Below are positions 12,701-23,223 of a DNA stretch of 64,000 bases, piece by piece. The stretch is taken from IMG/VR virus record IMGVR_UViG_3300023283_000076, positions 192,001-256,000 of that record; one strand, 5' to 3'. The stretch is from a virus. Lineage: Duplodnaviria > Caudoviricetes. Numbering within the stretch: the stretch's first letter is position 1; the number at the start of each line of letters is the position of its first letter. The notes beneath the pieces are model-generated. The model made no database searches and had not been told where the DNA came from. It saw nothing but the letters and a program-made list of their open reading frames with translations. The position numbers were made by a program, and so were the translations under genes.

Positions 12701-13942
12701 AGTATCAGTGAAAAAATTAATGGAATTGTTTAATGTAACGCTGTTATTCGTATAAGAACTTATATCATAAGTACCTGAATTTGGGCCTGTTTTTATGTTT
12801 ATTTTATAATCAATATTTGGTATTAACAAGGTATTTAAATTAATACCATTTATTGTTATGGTAGAAGAACCTAATGTTGTTTCACCTGTACCTGATATTA
12901 TTTCATTCTTATTGGTCCATATAGTTTTTCCTATTGTAAAGACATCAATCTCTTCAGGTAACACTGTTTTTGAAGGGTTTTTCAACGCTAGATATTTTTG
13001 AAACTCTGTTGTAATAGTTGGATGTAACGAAAGCTTTGAATAATTAAAATTATTCAAGGGTTCTGTAAACGTTATTGTTAATAAATTAGTTTCAGGTTCC
13101 CAGAATACATTTTCTACAGTAAAAAATTCTTGAACGTCATTCTCTGTTGAGTATAAACTGACTATATATCCACTAGGAATGTTTTGTAAATTTGGGCCAC
13201 TTATTGTTACTGAGTTTGGTGTAATTGAATTTAATGAATAATCGAGTTTTATATATTCAAACGTGTTCGAGAATTCTGGTTCTGTTCCATTTTCAAGTTC
13301 AACTAACGTTAGCCCGGATTTTCTTACCAATGTTCGAGTATTTTTATTGGTATCAATCACAACGAAGAGGCCATCGTCTTCGTTATTGATTATGGTATAT
13401 ATTGAGCTAGTAATAGTAGGGTTTTGAACCATACCAAAAACGGATTGGAGAAGTTTTTCAAGCCGTCCTTTGGAGTTTACTTTTTCGTTTTTTATCGTGA
13501 TGTAGTCTGGTGTTGTCTTTTGATCCGTCCAATAATAGTCTTGGAAGTTTATTATTTTGTCTATATCTATAGGGGGATAAAAATTAAACTGTAGTGTTTT
13601 GCCCCATTCATTAAACTTATCTACATCTATCCCTTCGTTTTCGAGAATTCTCATGAATTGTTCAAAGGTTAAAAATTCTGATTCGTTACCAATATCTTTT
13701 TTTAATACAGGTTGAAGTTGATTTTTTTCTAAAAATTCTCGATCTTCGGGGAGTTTATTTACTACAGCATCTTCAGAGTCTTCTCCAACGAACCCATTTA
13801 CATTTTCAAAATCTCTTTTAGTGAAAAATCTATTGAATATATTATCTGATATTCCTTCTAATATATCAGTTCTAATATGCTCTGGTAGTAGGGTTGTAGC
13901 GTCAACTACTCTTCCCTTTTTGTAATCATTATTCCTAGACAT
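3752..13942 (-). CDS. Giant virion structural protein, probable baseplate wedge (gp7-like position), with C-terminal PT linker-IPT/TIG-PT linker
   Basis: 3396-aa ORF directly downstream of gp6-like and gp25-like genes, under a late promoter. C-terminal IPT domain and TP repeats are visible. Confidence 0.65.
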   Translation of the reverse strand: MSRNNDYKKGRVVDATTLLPEHIRTDILEGISDNIFNRFFTKRDFENVNGFVGEDSEDAVVNKLPEDREFLEKNQLQPVLKKDIGNESEFLTFEQFMRILENEGIDVDKFNEWGKTLQFNFYPPIDIDKIINFQDYYWTDQKTTPDYITIKNEKVNSKGRLEKLLQSVFGMVQNPTITSSIYTIINNEDDGLFVVIDTNKNTRTLVRKSGLTLVELENGTEPEFSNTFEYIKLDYSLNSITPNSVTISGPNLQNIPSGYIVSLYSTENDVQEFFTVENVFWEPETNLLTITFTEPLNNFNYSKLSLHPTITTEFQKYLALKNPSKTVLPEEIDVFTIGKTIWTNKNEIISGTGETTLGSSTITINGINLNTLLIPNIDYKINIKTGPNSGTYDISSYTNNSVTLNNSINFFTDTDQEFTIFKDSTLEKNETPEENDVWFDLVNDILKQYIQGEWVNKGLSFSTLLNSTEKVSNIHTNDWQKSNSWAHKNQLSTLSLSRQAAMPIIEYESYLELSEFSNFTYDWEYSPAVDASHIKVEQDPNLFEISNIELDSDNVLEYVGPNTFRLPEKYGNMEPHIKPGDIIVFSGFSNNTGTYAVDEVKFIQPAPNKRYVTEIRVLSSFLNLSDSPVGALIHPRLTSKGDIYDPNHDHWIFNGVKNITPSSVDKEINPMLLGKTNSYTAINSVGEEFESIVGLNFQEFNPTNEYAGLRIEFDPTLHNICLFEDFQEGDLRLYINGERIFDRFNEGSVNGKYTTHIILDNDIVVGPSDRIRVELGEYFKEDVGKKDVDVLTDYGIDAYNISDDRRVEQKKTKTNQYPQFKLYDIFGNALQKSNPIFWFKESNDAIINNYVFRRLETKRNASDFVFEHGLMENNGRLLCYKDLTDGIVKSIWRRGRNNEQYVPQKIGPDWDMPNPWFYNIEHDLKKETSLVDIFRHYRTIELAQSDPMLIGEPQNIYHALEYPNEGIGGTIKEHNENWDLLISTLTSGNVSINDVIEFAGKQYRNILFSVMNRIMDTLPQILEENITSDNILSYINNDFRLDRIFGDSSSFFAGVGIKNVIATSSVIRLTNFYEPQLYKVRDNWAILHHDGHRSIIKPKLEEKLVAFRALTDTQQKITSLDDPFPDSSNFSDGDFLIRGNSVKQTVDLYSLEDSSWKFVDLEKIIGDYIIEIETKLYEVSKKIAETVDRQYDIDSVIELDNFSELERKEFLNYFCNNNALENDIFDSADAFTWNYTLTLIENNPIIGQGPTESRGSWQAIYEKLFNTPYPHMEPWRMQGYKNKPDWWDEKYINLDDSSVAKWDRSMWDNILSGIIPSGETLPNGTTSTGASNEAAYAYSHVPINITNDNIAGVLPDQIIPPYWDGSLSSDPRFKPIFDKSEQEFIKTPNASFLFGQNGHNEWEWRNSIDYIYARIKIAYKLDPLKFFNKAYGNQFQYVDCLLVDKKTEKVLSHKNTTFHGEIREGSPYISHGLQQWLVHYNRFNEKDGASSLYRNIWKNWEPRLSYLFNTFINDTTLRVQGDTIDITDKDFSVDILKDTTKISNLFASIKASIRKIPSRFSDSIYDSKNWVFELESQTPKKVKTLETFHPQNYEFRQLSDSEFGISSYKIEDASISNTRGFWRATYSDPLSLDTISNLTSTYQATIEVDGQTSTTVTIVGNAQTPPTINKILQSLNEQLSGASASIESGSIIIESDNTNVDTSTSSINVSSDTLFTNIQTGFFSDTGTTSLEFDNIFFLKGNQTRYFKIGDTIEIINSENFNGEFTIESVAFSRDDAKTIIRVEEDRGLSSETVDGVIIPQNAITLPWDTGQEVYLDTDGTLPGALDKEKPYYLIKIDDFTFKLANTQANAIDNKELINLSTGAGCFWVGNLARTFKPLGGDPDIPFRHYEPDTRKIHEYTGNITISRLQNLVDFILGYNDYLEYTGILSENERQDNVDEETGRGNSWQVELEKYLSWANKLLLTSINATPSIKVEVDRNSNAFKPQTNIIFGTGDKVSINDVAGENGTVPDELNFPFNSFIPYYIIITNSGNIQLAFTERDALNGKNIPFNTGNGIIEISVFRKNKKFPNRILNPYKIQFSVEHENGLLESFVETNNSNVFQNNSLYDSELKHLDLEDVLLYRKDTKSKIALTENTNKVIAGGSTSLIDVSHICNFDPYSTGDKLIYDSFLGIATPRIFLEFIKPTEKTGRPSVGGLVLNNNSLIDSIEKSIEDIRYYYDPYKSIETDKTSIEAKKSVGYQGPNQFMFDLGIDEKSQFIFWKSFIQNKGTNKSLTAFTGHRLLENVNIDEYWAYRLCEFGDSERKSYPEIKLKTDDVIKRELRLEFAPPTGGVIIRNAIPIRLNDVERWNNLPDVIRLMNPHNGYFFDAKEQEIILNAENLAELTQFQRGTGNKSIKLNKPAYGAIVTYTIDGTEKNASEGISFRFINSRILEFIDEDFDDWENIKVVTLTYAYEEENPLRLIETKKPEKVLKEIPIWNPALDQHNPLGEFPIDIDRPDDPAKYTNDLNESRVKKNYWHSKETGTIWLDTSRQFYKPYFDEDIFLTEDERSLVWGQLEEFGDVKLYKWIQTTLSPTEYIEQAEEDENRRIELSEKVTGNPRRIVYKNIGTTEEPIWQEETITVSKFPVAGYDNTNDTSMFSSGDSLNVYVNGEFLRSIEYDNASALEVMIDNDITSGDIQQKDMLTLVREPHEPTQEELENEEYVIIYPHTKVKSFNTNSLEEEYIYFYWVSDMRSEKLLQNTSLTLFDAERAYKSMSEPFAIIHGFRNEGTGYGVLFGSTYDPEDNTLPTRFSACTIKGLNRTVKDDNNYILRLTKDYTLRDRLNKKDLKLSNKHWSWKLTRRKQSGKIDLLLWKKVIEAATEKTVINNDFDLDTESSLPSESRIRFDTLIEGATSRIGLYNGRVLMDKPEIMKLTMEVLLDPSRQWERVDIEEFIDSFDLDRIEGIRDFYKSIYEIFSAVEVNDIFFELLERSVSLNQKHPDIFKTSWVSVDVSNRVELNTPTLEDIIQVFPSEIDCGEILPSPTPSVSVTPTPTPSVSTSVTPTPTPSISISVTPTPTPSVSISVTPTPSPTQSSGFTPTPTPSQGSGFTPTPTPSVISLSSISPTSGDEAGGTDVTITGENFDTGRSATVRFDNVLATNITIVSDTEITCTTPAGTGIVDVVVTQNGIADTLVGAFEFTTSESVTPTPSVSESATPTPTPTISDSVTPTPTPSVSESVTPTPTPSISESATPIPTPSTSDSATPTPTPSVSDSTTPTPTPTPTPSVSESVTPTPTPSVSESATPTPTPSISDSVTPTPTPSVSESVTPTPTPSISESATPTPTPSVSESATPTPTPSISESATPTPTPSVSESVTPTPTPSISESATPTPTPTPTPSNLNDVSTIFITWEN
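3803..4390 (-). repeat. Tandem 36-bp array (about 16 units) encoding [11 protein letters not shown](I/V)
   Basis: Plus-strand unit approximates GGTGTAGGTGTTGGAGTAGCACTCTCAGATATCGAT. The translation in the ORF track shows the 12-aa period. Confidence 0.95.
4394..4642 (-). repeat. IPT/TIG domain copy C (inside the 3396-aa gene)
   Basis: Encodes [29 protein letters not shown]...[15 protein letters not shown]. Confidence 0.85.
4647..4865 (-). repeat. Pro/Thr/Ser linker array N-terminal to IPT copy C
   Basis: SVTPTPTPS repeats. GGTGTCGGTGTCGGAGTAAATCCGCT occurs twice (~4647 and ~4683). Confidence 0.85.
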
Positions 13943-13966
13943 TGATTTCTTTTAAAGTTGTAAAGA

Positions 13967-13974
13967 TATTTATA
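13967..13974 (-). promoter_or_regulatory. T4-type late promoter TATAAATA
   Basis: Exact T4 late consensus 25 nt upstream of the 3396-aa gene. A gp55-like sigma is encoded in the window. Confidence 0.75.
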
Positions 13975-14008
13975 AAGAGTTCAATGGTTGGTTTTTTCTA
14001 AACAAAGA

Positions 14009-16939
14009 TTATAATCGTTGTTTTATTGTTTTGGAATCTAATCTTTGAACCATTTCTATATCATCCACGCTGATGCTGGGTTGAATTATTTCATCTTCCC
14101 TCGCGATTATTTGAAATAGGTCTCCAAAATTATTATCTGGTGACTTTGGGACTAATACGACAGATTCAATTTCTGAAGACAATTCATTGTGTATGGCAGA
14201 GGCTAATTCGGTAAAATAAAATGGTTGGCCAAAGTTCCATGCTGTTATGTCAAAAAATCTGTTAACAACAGATACTATATCGTTTTTTATTCTGTTATTA
14301 CTAGATACACTATTAGGTGATTTAACGACTTTGAGTGTGGCCTGTAATTCTCTTTGTGCTTTTGGTCCAATAATTGGTTTTATTTTTCCTGAATGTAAAA
14401 GTAACGTATCAGATATCATTTTACTCTCAATAAGTTCTCCGAAGGAAGATTTCAGTTCAAACGAAGATGGAGGTATGGGTTCATTCTCTATTCTTCCGTT
14501 TAACCAATCTCTTACATTATTATAATATCCTCTAGTTACAATAAACGAGTCTATTATATTACTAGCAGCCGGATCGATCAAATAATATCGTGGTGTTCTA
14601 TGTAACCATAGAAAATTAAGACCCTCTACGCCTTGTTCTCTTTTCCATAAACGATCTTCTTTGGGTTTGCTTTGTTCGTTTTGCCAATCTTCAATAATCC
14701 CATCTCTAAATGGCACAAATTTCCATGGAGCATTGCTGTCTTCTCTAAAAAAGTATACATAGGACGTATCAGTTAACATATAATCTAATGAAATTGCGTC
14801 CGGTATCCCATTTTCGTTTTCATCTGTGGGTAGAATACTTAAACTATTAAAATCACATATTCCTTTATCTATACCTTTATCTAGTGTTTTTCCACTAATC
14901 ACAAAAAAGTTTTTATTTTCGGAAAGAGGATTTCCGTCAGCGCCGATATTTGCTTTCAACACTACAATGTTATCTTTATTAGAATTTAATGTATCAAAGG
15001 TTATAACTCGTTCCTCTTCATTAGTAGAAGTAAATATTATTTCTTCGCTATGTGCGGTTAGGTCCTTGGTCTTAAAGGTAACAATCCAACTACTATCTGA
15101 TTGAGATTCTATAGCTATATCCCATTCATCTGGTTCTGAAGCAATCTGAAAGCTCCATCTGTTATCTTCTTGGTTATTTTGTATGTTTAAATTAAGATAT
15201 ACTGTATTAGGAGTTGATGTTATTACATTGTTTAGTGCAGACGCAAATTCTAATAGTTCTACTTCCGTAAAGTTAAAGCGTATGAATTCTGGAGCTACAC
15301 CATCAAGTATCATAGAATTATAAAAGTCTTGTCTTCTGAATATAGGTTCTATATGATTAAATATTATGGCGTTTGTTAATGGAACATTTAATCCTCCGTC
15401 TTCTGCAGGCAAATCATCTGCAAGTATGTTAAATGTTTTTTCTTCTGTTTCAAAAAATAAAACAAGATCGTTACCGAAAAGTTTCACATTTTCATAGTAT
15501 TCTTTCGGATCATGCCAGCCTATGAATTTAGAATCTCCTGCAAATGTTCTATTTACTGCTCTTAGCTTCAATATACTATTATTTTGAAGCATAAACTCAT
15601 TATAGTCTCTTCCATTAACCATTCTATCCTGTGTATAATAAACAGAAGGTGCGACTTCTCGTATACGTTCTACCGATTCTGTTGGGGCGGAATTTTGTAT
15701 AGGTGAGAATAAACTAAAAGTAAAAGAAAATGATTCTATACGACCATCTTCACCATTGTACGAAAAATCCCCAGATTTATTTTGTATAGAACTCCTTGGA
15801 ACAAAGAGAGATGAATCTTCACTATCAAATTCTGTTACTCTATACCATGTGTCAAATTTTCCTGATGGTATATTAGCAAAATTTCCATCGCCAAATAAAA
15901 GTCTAACACCATCATTTGCTAAGGTCTCTATTTCATACTTGTTTCTATTTGGGGATGTATTAAATAATATATTTTGAGAATTTGCTACATCAACCTCTTG
16001 CCATTCTCCTTCTCTGGGTTCATTATACCTTTCTCCACCAGATATTACTTCATTAGTTTCACTGTCTATGTTATTTAACCATACATCAGTTTCATTAATT
16101 GAGGTTGCATCTATAACTCTTTCTTGGTTTGGTAATATTCCGTCAAACTCGAATGTTTGTCGCTGTAAGTTTCCTTGTTTTGTTAGAAAAAAGAACCCGG
16201 TATTATTAGATGAGTCTCCCAATCCGTCACTTGCATATAGTATATTTAATTTTTGATTCCTTTCTGGTCTTTTTTCTTGAGGACCAAACTCAGTCAAATC
16301 AGAGCTTACTAATTCCATACTATGCGTGACATTAGAAACAGTTACGTTATATTGTATGGTTTCGCTCTGTAATGGATTATTTGTTAATGTATAAAGTTCA
16401 AATAATACATCTTGTACTTGTACTCTATCAGATGGTAAAACGGTTCCAAATTTCTGTTCCATAACCTTTTCCATGACCAATATGAACTGTTCTTTCCAAT
16501 CATCATTGTTAGGATCATTCCAAAATATGGTTTTATTAGTTAGATTATTTCCTTTACTATCAAAAACAGTTTCTGTAGTGCTTATAGATGTTATTTTTAC
16601 GAGACCTCTAGCAGGTATTAATCTAGATGGGTTATATGATATGTATTTTGCTAACCTTAACACTGATTCTTTTCTTTCTGCAGTAGATAAGAAGTTTTCA
16701 TGCGTATTAAGGTCTATTCTATATGCTAATAGTTCTCCCAGATACGAAAACAGTTCTATTATGGCTATCATATCTGAAGTTTCAATATAATCATTGAAAT
16801 CTTCTGGATAGTATAATTTAAGATAATCAACCATAGATTGTTTTATGGTTTCATAATCCCACGCCTTAAAATTTATTTCCTGAAAGGCATCATATGCTCT
16901 TTCCCAGTTTTCCGCTATGTTAGGTTGTCTTTTATCCAT
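14009..16939 (-). CDS. gp6: Baseplate wedge subunit, gp6-like
   Basis: N-terminal DYETIKQSMVDYLKLYYPEDFNDY...AERKESVLRLAK..SYNP, the ESVERIR..AP..Y.TQDRMV...DY motif, and C-terminal FGQPFYFTEL. Follows gp25. Confidence 0.85.
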   Translation of the reverse strand: MDKRQPNIAENWERAYDAFQEINFKAWDYETIKQSMVDYLKLYYPEDFNDYIETSDMIAIIELFSYLGELLAYRIDLNTHENFLSTAERKESVLRLAKYISYNPSRLIPARGLVKITSISTTETVFDSKGNNLTNKTIFWNDPNNDDWKEQFILVMEKVMEQKFGTVLPSDRVQVQDVLFELYTLTNNPLQSETIQYNVTVSNVTHSMELVSSDLTEFGPQEKRPERNQKLNILYASDGLGDSSNNTGFFFLTKQGNLQRQTFEFDGILPNQERVIDATSINETDVWLNNIDSETNEVISGGERYNEPREGEWQEVDVANSQNILFNTSPNRNKYEIETLANDGVRLLFGDGNFANIPSGKFDTWYRVTEFDSEDSSLFVPRSSIQNKSGDFSYNGEDGRIESFSFTFSLFSPIQNSAPTESVERIREVAPSVYYTQDRMVNGRDYNEFMLQNNSILKLRAVNRTFAGDSKFIGWHDPKEYYENVKLFGNDLVLFFETEEKTFNILADDLPAEDGGLNVPLTNAIIFNHIEPIFRRQDFYNSMILDGVAPEFIRFNFTEVELLEFASALNNVITSTPNTVYLNLNIQNNQEDNRWSFQIASEPDEWDIAIESQSDSSWIVTFKTKDLTAHSEEIIFTSTNEEERVITFDTLNSNKDNIVVLKANIGADGNPLSENKNFFVISGKTLDKGIDKGICDFNSLSILPTDENENGIPDAISLDYMLTDTSYVYFFREDSNAPWKFVPFRDGIIEDWQNEQSKPKEDRLWKREQGVEGLNFLWLHRTPRYYLIDPAASNIIDSFIVTRGYYNNVRDWLNGRIENEPIPPSSFELKSSFGELIESKMISDTLLLHSGKIKPIIGPKAQRELQATLKVVKSPNSVSSNNRIKNDIVSVVNRFFDITAWNFGQPFYFTELASAIHNELSSEIESVVLVPKSPDNNFGDLFQIIAREDEIIQPSISVDDIEMVQRLDSKTIKQRL

Positions 16940-16943
16940 TTAA

Positions 16944-17318
16944 TCATCCAAAAAAATCTAGTCGTATGTCTAATGTATCATTGAAATTTAGTTCTACATA
17001 AAGAAATTCTATTCGTATATTTACCGTTTTGGCATCTGGTTCTGGTTCTATTGAAAAATTTATTGGTTCTATTCTTGGATCGAAATTTACAATTTCTATG
17101 ACATCTTCCTCTATTATTGATAATGTTTCTTCATCTAAGGGTTCAAATAATAAATCCGGTATTCTAGAACCAAAACGGGGCATCATTACTCTCTCACCGC
17201 GTCGTGTAAAAATAAAATTTAATAAATCCTGTTTTACTAAATCAGAATCTTTAAGCATTATGCTTTTGTTATTTTTATATTGGTTAAAGGATATTCCTTT
17301 GTAAAAAATCTGGTCCAT
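16944..17318 (-). CDS. gp25: Baseplate wedge/sheath initiator, gp25-like (GPW/gp25 family)
   Basis: LVKQDLLN...TRRGERVMMPRFGS.I.DLLFEPLD...DPR signature. Confidence 0.9.
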   Translation of the reverse strand: MDQIFYKGISFNQYKNNKSIMLKDSDLVKQDLLNFIFTRRGERVMMPRFGSRIPDLLFEPLDEETLSIIEEDVIEIVNFDPRIEPINFSIEPEPDAKTVNIRIEFLYVELNFNDTLDIRLDFFG

Positions 17319-17346
17319 TAAATTTATATATTTTGTAGGTCAATTA

Positions 17347-17354
17347 TATTTATA
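17347..17354 (-). promoter_or_regulatory. Late promoter TATAAATA
   Basis: Exact consensus upstream of gp25. Confidence 0.7.
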
Positions 17355-17360
17355 TAATTT

Positions 17361-17699
17361 TTACCTTCTCCAAAGCGGGCCTCTTTCTATAGTTTCGTCA
17401 CCTTCAACTCTCCCTATGGGTTCTGCGGTTTGTCTACTCTCTTTGTTCGTATACTGATCTATCCAATCTACATTGTTTTTATAACCATCACTCTCTTGAT
17501 CAACGGTATCCCCTCCGTCTATTTTAAGCACTCTAGGCCACGGTTCATGCATTGGAACTCTATTAGTCCAAGGAGATATTTCGGATAGAGAAACTTTGGA
17601 TTTTTCTGCTAAAGGAGGTTGTACAGATTGAAAACGTGGGGCAAAGTTTTCAAATTCCTGTACTACGTCTTCGTTTATTGTCCATTCATTGGTATTCAT
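17361..17699 (-). CDS. Small baseplate-associated protein coupled to gp5 (ATGA overlap)
   Basis: 112 aa containing RVPMHEPWPR. Its start overlaps the gp5 stop at 17696-17699. Confidence 0.6.
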   Translation of the reverse strand: MNTNEWTINEDVVQEFENFAPRFQSVQPPLAEKSKVSLSEISPWTNRVPMHEPWPRVLKIDGGDTVDQESDGYKNNVDWIDQYTNKESRQTAEPIGRVEGDETIERGPLWRR

Positions 17700-20233
17700 G
17701 TTAATCCATCTAATCCTTGCGAGTATCCTTGATATATAGAAGCGGTGTCTGTTAATTGACTATAGTCAAATGCATTTACTGCACTTGGATCTTCTTGTAC
17801 CAGTTTATTTAAACTATCTATTGTCCTAGAGTGGTCATTTAATTCATTTTCGAGTTCTGTGACCGGTTCAACTTCTTCAAATCCTACATTTGTATTGTGT
17901 GAATCCGCTAAGCTGTTGAATTCTGCTACATTATCCCGCAGATTGCCTATTTCTGCAGTATATCTGGCAATTTCTTGTCCATTGTCTGTTACTGTTATAC
18001 TTGCCAAATTTGACAAAGAGAAGTTAATTTCGTCGACCACTCCCTTTATTTGTCCTATTGAAGAGTCAAACGCAGCCTCTCCGGTTGCCAACGCTGAGGA
18101 GAAGCTGTTTAACGAGAGATCTAACTTATCTTTATGTCTATCTGCCCAATCTTTAAAGTTGTCCAATGTCCATCCGCCCAAATCTATGTTTATCGCTCCG
18201 AACATGTTTGTGGGAAGAGGGTTAAAGTTACTTATTTCTAATGGGTCTGCAATATTTATACAGAAATCAAAATCAAACTCTGGAAGATCAATGGCCGGGA
18301 ATCTAAATGATGGAGGACGAGGAAATGATGGAAGAGCGGGTATTGTAAAACCATCCGGAAGTGGTACTAACCAACTATCAACCATTCCTTGTAATCTATC
18401 CTGAACAGTGAAAACCAAATCGTTTACATTTGTTTCCAGTTGTTCCAATCCTTTGTTGATATCTGAAACTCTTGTATCAAGTTTTCCGGTTATGTCACTT
18501 ATACCACCTTGTACTTTCATGAATACATCTTCTACTGCATCCATGTTTATACCAACAGGGTCAAATGAGACATTTACACCTCCGTCTATTCTAAGACATT
18601 GACTTGATATGGGTTGACCGTCAATTGCCGGTTCACCGTCGATAACTTCAAACCCGTTATATACTTGTTGTGCAATTTCTTTAGTACTTTGCATAACCGC
18701 TTGTCCCACAGTAAATATATTGATTGCTGGGTTTCTCATTGTTATTTGATTTTGTCCCTCGTTAGATTTAAGTTTCATGTTTTTCTCTATAGCCTCTAAC
18801 GTCATATCACCTTCAAATGATTTCAGTGTCATTTCTAGTTGTGATCCAATATCTACCTTTCCAGTATAAGAGTATATTTCAGTGTCATTAACCGCTTGAA
18901 TTATATTGTCATCACCAGAAAATATCGATGTATCGCCCGAAACATTGTGATAATAATCCCCATCTATAGATATATTATAATTGCCATCGTTTACAATGAA
19001 GTCCACACCTGATTCTACTTGTGTTTTTAAACTATCTCCTATGCTTATAAATGAATTTTTTCCGATTTCTGCAAAAGAATCTTCTTTGATTAAACTTCGA
19101 AAATTCTTTTCTACCATTAAATGTGTATCTCCTGTAGAGTGAAATCGGATTTCACCATCTTCGGGTTTTCCTTCATCTAACTCTACCTGTTTTTTGGTGT
19201 CTCCCGAGTACATGTATATACCCTTTTTAGCTTTAACGCGAAAGGATTCATCAGTAGAAAAATTTATATCCTTTTCAGCATGCACGGATATTCGTCGTTT
19301 GGAATATACATCTATATTTCCATTACTGTCAAATTCTACAACATTGTTTCCTTCGTTTGTAGAAAGATATATTCTTTCATTTGTGTCATCAAATATTAAT
19401 TGGTGGCCAGTAGCAGAACGTATTCTTATCCTGTTATTATATGCTCGATCATCCATGGAGATTGCATGGAAGCCCGGGGTTGACCATCCATATACTTTAG
19501 AGGATAAAAAAGACCCAAGTGCTTTATTAGACGACCAATCATACCCATGAGCACCCAGAATATCCTTTACCCATTCATCACTTTCTTCTTCTGATATTCC
19601 TTCATATTGTTCATCTAAATATTCTTCTAGATTTTCTGCTGGTATGGGGCCATCTTCTGGTATCGCACATGCCTGATACTCTGCCTGTCTTGTTTTCCAT
19701 TCTCTAGATTCTCTATTATTCTCAAATGCTTTACCTGCATTTGTATAATATGGCTCTATGGGGTTGCATTTTGATGATAGTGGACCATCTGGTTCTCCAT
19801 TGCCGTCCCATTTGTATCTTCCATGTAATAGAGTATGAGTTTCTTGATGACTGGGTATACATCCAAGCCAAACTCGTCGTCTTTCATCACCATCTATTTT
19901 TGCGACAAGTACCACTGCACCTTGTTCTGGTACTCCCCAAAAACCATATGATACAGCCCCTCCAGTTTTTTCTGGTCCCTTTCCTGCACCTCTAGTAAAT
20001 TCTGAGTTGGAAATTGTTCCGGCCAATGGGGATGCACATACAGCCCACGGGAGGTGATGCAATTTCTTGGGACTATCATTTAAATTGGGACAATATACCC
20101 TAAGACGTCCGTTTTGTAATGGATCGTCCGTATCTACCACAACACCTACAGTTATTGAATCATGTGCAATGGTTCCTCTGCCGACATCAAGTTGTTCGTT
20201 TACTATTTTTAATAAAGTTGTTGAATCTAACAT
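17696..20233 (-). CDS. gp5: Baseplate hub/central spike, gp5/VgrG-like, with a long C-terminal extension and no visible lysozyme domain
   Basis: N-terminal OB-fold motif GVVVDTDDPLQNGRLRVYCP...LPWA...GFWGVPEQGAVVLV, then beta-helix-type IRIRSATGHQLIFDDTNERIYLST repeats. Confidence 0.8.
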   Translation of the reverse strand: MLDSTTLLKIVNEQLDVGRGTIAHDSITVGVVVDTDDPLQNGRLRVYCPNLNDSPKKLHHLPWAVCASPLAGTISNSEFTRGAGKGPEKTGGAVSYGFWGVPEQGAVVLVAKIDGDERRRVWLGCIPSHQETHTLLHGRYKWDGNGEPDGPLSSKCNPIEPYYTNAGKAFENNRESREWKTRQAEYQACAIPEDGPIPAENLEEYLDEQYEGISEEESDEWVKDILGAHGYDWSSNKALGSFLSSKVYGWSTPGFHAISMDDRAYNNRIRIRSATGHQLIFDDTNERIYLSTNEGNNVVEFDSNGNIDVYSKRRISVHAEKDINFSTDESFRVKAKKGIYMYSGDTKKQVELDEGKPEDGEIRFHSTGDTHLMVEKNFRSLIKEDSFAEIGKNSFISIGDSLKTQVESGVDFIVNDGNYNISIDGDYYHNVSGDTSIFSGDDNIIQAVNDTEIYSYTGKVDIGSQLEMTLKSFEGDMTLEAIEKNMKLKSNEGQNQITMRNPAINIFTVGQAVMQSTKEIAQQVYNGFEVIDGEPAIDGQPISSQCLRIDGGVNVSFDPVGINMDAVEDVFMKVQGGISDITGKLDTRVSDINKGLEQLETNVNDLVFTVQDRLQGMVDSWLVPLPDGFTIPALPSFPRPPSFRFPAIDLPEFDFDFCINIADPLEISNFNPLPTNMFGAINIDLGGWTLDNFKDWADRHKDKLDLSLNSFSSALATGEAAFDSSIGQIKGVVDEINFSLSNLASITVTDNGQEIARYTAEIGNLRDNVAEFNSLADSHNTNVGFEEVEPVTELENELNDHSRTIDSLNKLVQEDPSAVNAFDYSQLTDTASIYQGYSQGLDGLT

Positions 20234-20237
20234 GTTA

Positions 20238-22115
20238 TTATACCAATACGTCCGTTCTTAATAAGAAAAGCTTTTGAAAAAAAGATCCAGCTTTTATTAC
20301 ATTCTCTATTTTATATATGTGCATCCATTCACTATGATAAAATGCACTTTCTACTGTTGAGTCAGTATCTTCTATTGGGTTGTGTTTAATAATTACTTTA
20401 GCATATATAGGAAGAACCTCTGGCTTTTCATAGTATATTGCATTACCGGGATCTCCAGCGGCTGCATCTCTAGGGGATCTAAATATATCCGATAACAAAT
20501 TCGGGTTCCCTCGTATAGTTATTTCCAGTGAGGATTGTTGTGTATTTTGTACAGGATATTTTATTTTTATATTGTCTGCTAATTCTCTTGGATATTCTAC
20601 TCCAAGAGTTTTAATATTTAACACATTTGCACGATTTCCACTATAACCCGCTTTGAAGAAGTTGATATTAGGTTCTCTTTCTGCACTTATTTCTTCTCGC
20701 TCTGCACCAAAAGAAAGTCTTCCGGCTTCCGTATCTATTACGTCTTCAATTACCAACAGAGAATCAGATCTACGTAATATTCCATTCACTGTCATAATGT
20801 CGTCACGATTTATCATGTTTCCATCTTCTGAAGATTCGCCTGTTTCTGAATTGGCCGACTGGGCCGATTGATCAGCGTTTCCGGCTCCTTTGAAGAAAAA
20901 TGTCAAGGGATCTTTCGATGATTCAGCAGCATCTCCACTGTTAAATCCATCTACTTTATTTATCGGCAAAAAATAGCTTTTTACCCATATATCATATTTA
21001 ACTTCATTGAGCAGTCGTCTCCATGTTAATCCAACTTTATAATCTCTCCGGGCACCGTTTCCACCTGCGCCGCCCCTAGCTTCTACACCAACCTGTTTAG
21101 AATACTCCATCATTCGATCTACTGTATCTTGTATATTTTCTCCATAGCGTGTCGGTATTGCCCGTACACCGGGAAGATTTTGTCTTTGTTCTGGTTGTTC
21201 AAACGGAAGGTTTCTATTATTGATTAAAAACGGTTCAAATACATCATCTAAATGCATTATATATTCTATGGGCAATTCTTCTGCTTTTATTTGTATGGGA
21301 TCTTTGATTTTATCAGTAAAATCTTCACGTATTATACCTTGCCAGTGTTGATACTGTTTATCATGCAATTTATTATTTTCGTTTAGTTCCAGTTCTAATG
21401 CTTCAAACGCTTGTTTAAGATTTTCCATTGGTTTACTTTTTTCTATTCGTTCAAGTCGTTTGCTTTCTTTTTCAGAATCTTCATCCTTCCTAGGTTTTAT
21501 AGAACCTTCGCTTGGATCGGCTTCCGGGATTTCATCATGTAACGCACCATCTTTATGTGTGATTGTCGTATTATATATTCTAGTAAAATTTGTATAATGT
21601 GCTTTTGCGTTATATAATGGAACTATATCTGCAATATAAAAATGCATATTCCCTGTTAGTTTGTGTTCTATTTGGGATATAGAAAAGAAGAGTCTATTCG
21701 GTGATATTATGTCATCTTCGTCATTATCGGGTATGAAAAATAATTTCATGGAAAATGTTATATTTTCTAGAGAGGTGTCTAGTTTCTCTAATATCTCTGT
21801 TTTTAAAAATGTTAAAAACTCACCAGCAGTAGTGTCCGTTATGATTAAATTGCCGCCAGAGCTTGTAGTGTTTATATGTTCTCCCACCCAATTAAAATCG
21901 AATCTAAAATCCTTCACTAAAAATCTGCTAGGTGCGATTCTTTCCCTTATAGAATCGTTAATCATAACAATACCGGGTCCCGCAGGCGCACCCTCGGGGC
22001 CATCTCCTAAAGATAAGTCTCGTTGTTCTGCCTCGTCGGTTCTTTTAAATGCCGCTATTACATAATATGTGGTATAACTATTGGGGGATTCTAATGGATT
22101 TACTGGTAACGACAT
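20238..22115 (-). CDS. Probable baseplate hub protein (gp27-like position)
   Basis: 625 aa between gp53-like and gp5-like genes. C-terminal LEITIRGNP...YKIENVI..GSF.QKL pattern typical of hub proteins. Confidence 0.5.
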   Translation of the reverse strand: MSLPVNPLESPNSYTTYYVIAAFKRTDEAEQRDLSLGDGPEGAPAGPGIVMINDSIRERIAPSRFLVKDFRFDFNWVGEHINTTSSGGNLIITDTTAGEFLTFLKTEILEKLDTSLENITFSMKLFFIPDNDEDDIISPNRLFFSISQIEHKLTGNMHFYIADIVPLYNAKAHYTNFTRIYNTTITHKDGALHDEIPEADPSEGSIKPRKDEDSEKESKRLERIEKSKPMENLKQAFEALELELNENNKLHDKQYQHWQGIIREDFTDKIKDPIQIKAEELPIEYIMHLDDVFEPFLINNRNLPFEQPEQRQNLPGVRAIPTRYGENIQDTVDRMMEYSKQVGVEARGGAGGNGARRDYKVGLTWRRLLNEVKYDIWVKSYFLPINKVDGFNSGDAAESSKDPLTFFFKGAGNADQSAQSANSETGESSEDGNMINRDDIMTVNGILRRSDSLLVIEDVIDTEAGRLSFGAEREEISAEREPNINFFKAGYSGNRANVLNIKTLGVEYPRELADNIKIKYPVQNTQQSSLEITIRGNPNLLSDIFRSPRDAAAGDPGNAIYYEKPEVLPIYAKVIIKHNPIEDTDSTVESAFYHSEWMHIYKIENVIKAGSFFQKLFLLRTDVLV

Positions 22116-22492
22116 TATTGTTCTATGGGTTCTTTTTGTATATTTCTATTTACAAGTGAAGATAGCGTGCGATCAACATCAGGTAATAATATTTCTTTAC
22201 CTGTTATAAACTCTTCTTCAATGTCTACTATATTATTATATTGAAGTACTAACCAAAATAAATTCGATTTTCTGTATACTCTAAATGCCAACAAATCTGG
22301 TCTTTTAGAAAATACTTCTGGTATTGTTATGCGTATGTCAGTAGCAGTATTTTTTTGAAGTGGTCTACGTTCCCACCATCCTAGTTTGTTTCCTTTGATT
22401 TCAGTATCACCACCATTTAACATTCTAGAATTTCTTTTTGCTAATGATGTTTTGTCTCTAAAAAGTTTAAATCTGTTGTTTTTACCAGCCAC
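22115..22492 (-). CDS. gp53: Baseplate wedge protein, gp53-like (LysM-related)
   Basis: RPDLLAFRVY....LFWLVLQYNNIVD..EEF..G..I.LP signature. Confidence 0.8.
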   Translation of the reverse strand: MAGKNNRFKLFRDKTSLAKRNSRMLNGGDTEIKGNKLGWWERRPLQKNTATDIRITIPEVFSKRPDLLAFRVYRKSNLFWLVLQYNNIVDIEEEFITGKEILLPDVDRTLSSLVNRNIQKEPIEQ

Positions 22493-23114
22493 CTAATTCA
22501 CCTCTTCTAAATTTATCTATATCAAACTGTCTTAATTCGTTTATTGATCTAGCTTCTTTTAATGACACCGAAACAGGCCAAATTATTGGTACATCATGTC
22601 CGTTGTCAGTTCTTATATAATCGACATCCTCGGGTTCTTCAATAGTAAGACTAGTTATTCTAACTTTAATACTATTAAACCAATTACCAAATCCTCTTAG
22701 TGTTAGTCTTGATGGGGTTTTAAGAGCATTTAACCCTCCTCCCGATTGTTCTGGCATTCTCCATGATCGTAATAGTTGAACGCTTTTCCAACTTTTACGT
22801 GCTTCTGATTTGGATCTGGAAACAAAACGCCCATTTATGGAGAACTCTCTACTAGGTGTTCCCATGTATATAAGCATGTTTGCCGCTTGTCGTATATCCC
22901 CAATTTCAAAATAAGACACACTCCCGGATTCTGAAAGTGTAGGTTGAATATCAAACTCTACTTTACCGGTTTCTTCCCCTTGCACTGGTACTTGAGCTTG
23001 GACGCCCGCAATCCCGGTGGGAACTGATCTAGTAGTACCAGTACTTTCATCAATATCATTACCAGTTAATGTTATTTTTCTATTTGAAGGAATTCTTGAT
23101 GCGTTAGCTGCCAT
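22482..23114 (-). CDS. Tail-tube initiator/baseplate tube-cap protein (gp48/gp54-like)
   Basis: FDIQPTLSES...Y.GTPSREFSINGRF...PSRLTL.GFG...VRITSLTIE.PEDVDYI pattern and its position next to gp53. Confidence 0.6.
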   Translation of the reverse strand: MAANASRIPSNRKITLTGNDIDESTGTTRSVPTGIAGVQAQVPVQGEETGKVEFDIQPTLSESGSVSYFEIGDIRQAANMLIYMGTPSREFSINGRFVSRSKSEARKSWKSVQLLRSWRMPEQSGGGLNALKTPSRLTLRGFGNWFNSIKVRITSLTIEEPEDVDYIRTDNGHDVPIIWPVSVSLKEARSINELRQFDIDKFRRGELGGW

Positions 23115-23143
23115 ATTTTTTTCTTACGTTTAAATGTTGTACA

Positions 23144-23151
23144 TATTTATC
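23144..23151 (-). promoter_or_regulatory. Late promoter variant GATAAATA (leftward)
   Basis: 30 nt upstream of the baseplate operon, in the divergent intergenic region. Confidence 0.6.
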
Positions 23152-23189
23152 CGTTTAAAGTGTTTCTAATTTCATCTTTATAAGTATAG

Positions 23190-23197
23190 GATAAATA
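23190..23197 (+). promoter_or_regulatory. Late promoter variant GATAAATA (rightward)
   Basis: 27 nt upstream of the gp26-like gene. Confidence 0.6.
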
Positions 23198-23223
23198 TTG
23201 TTTAGTATTAGAATTAATTAATT

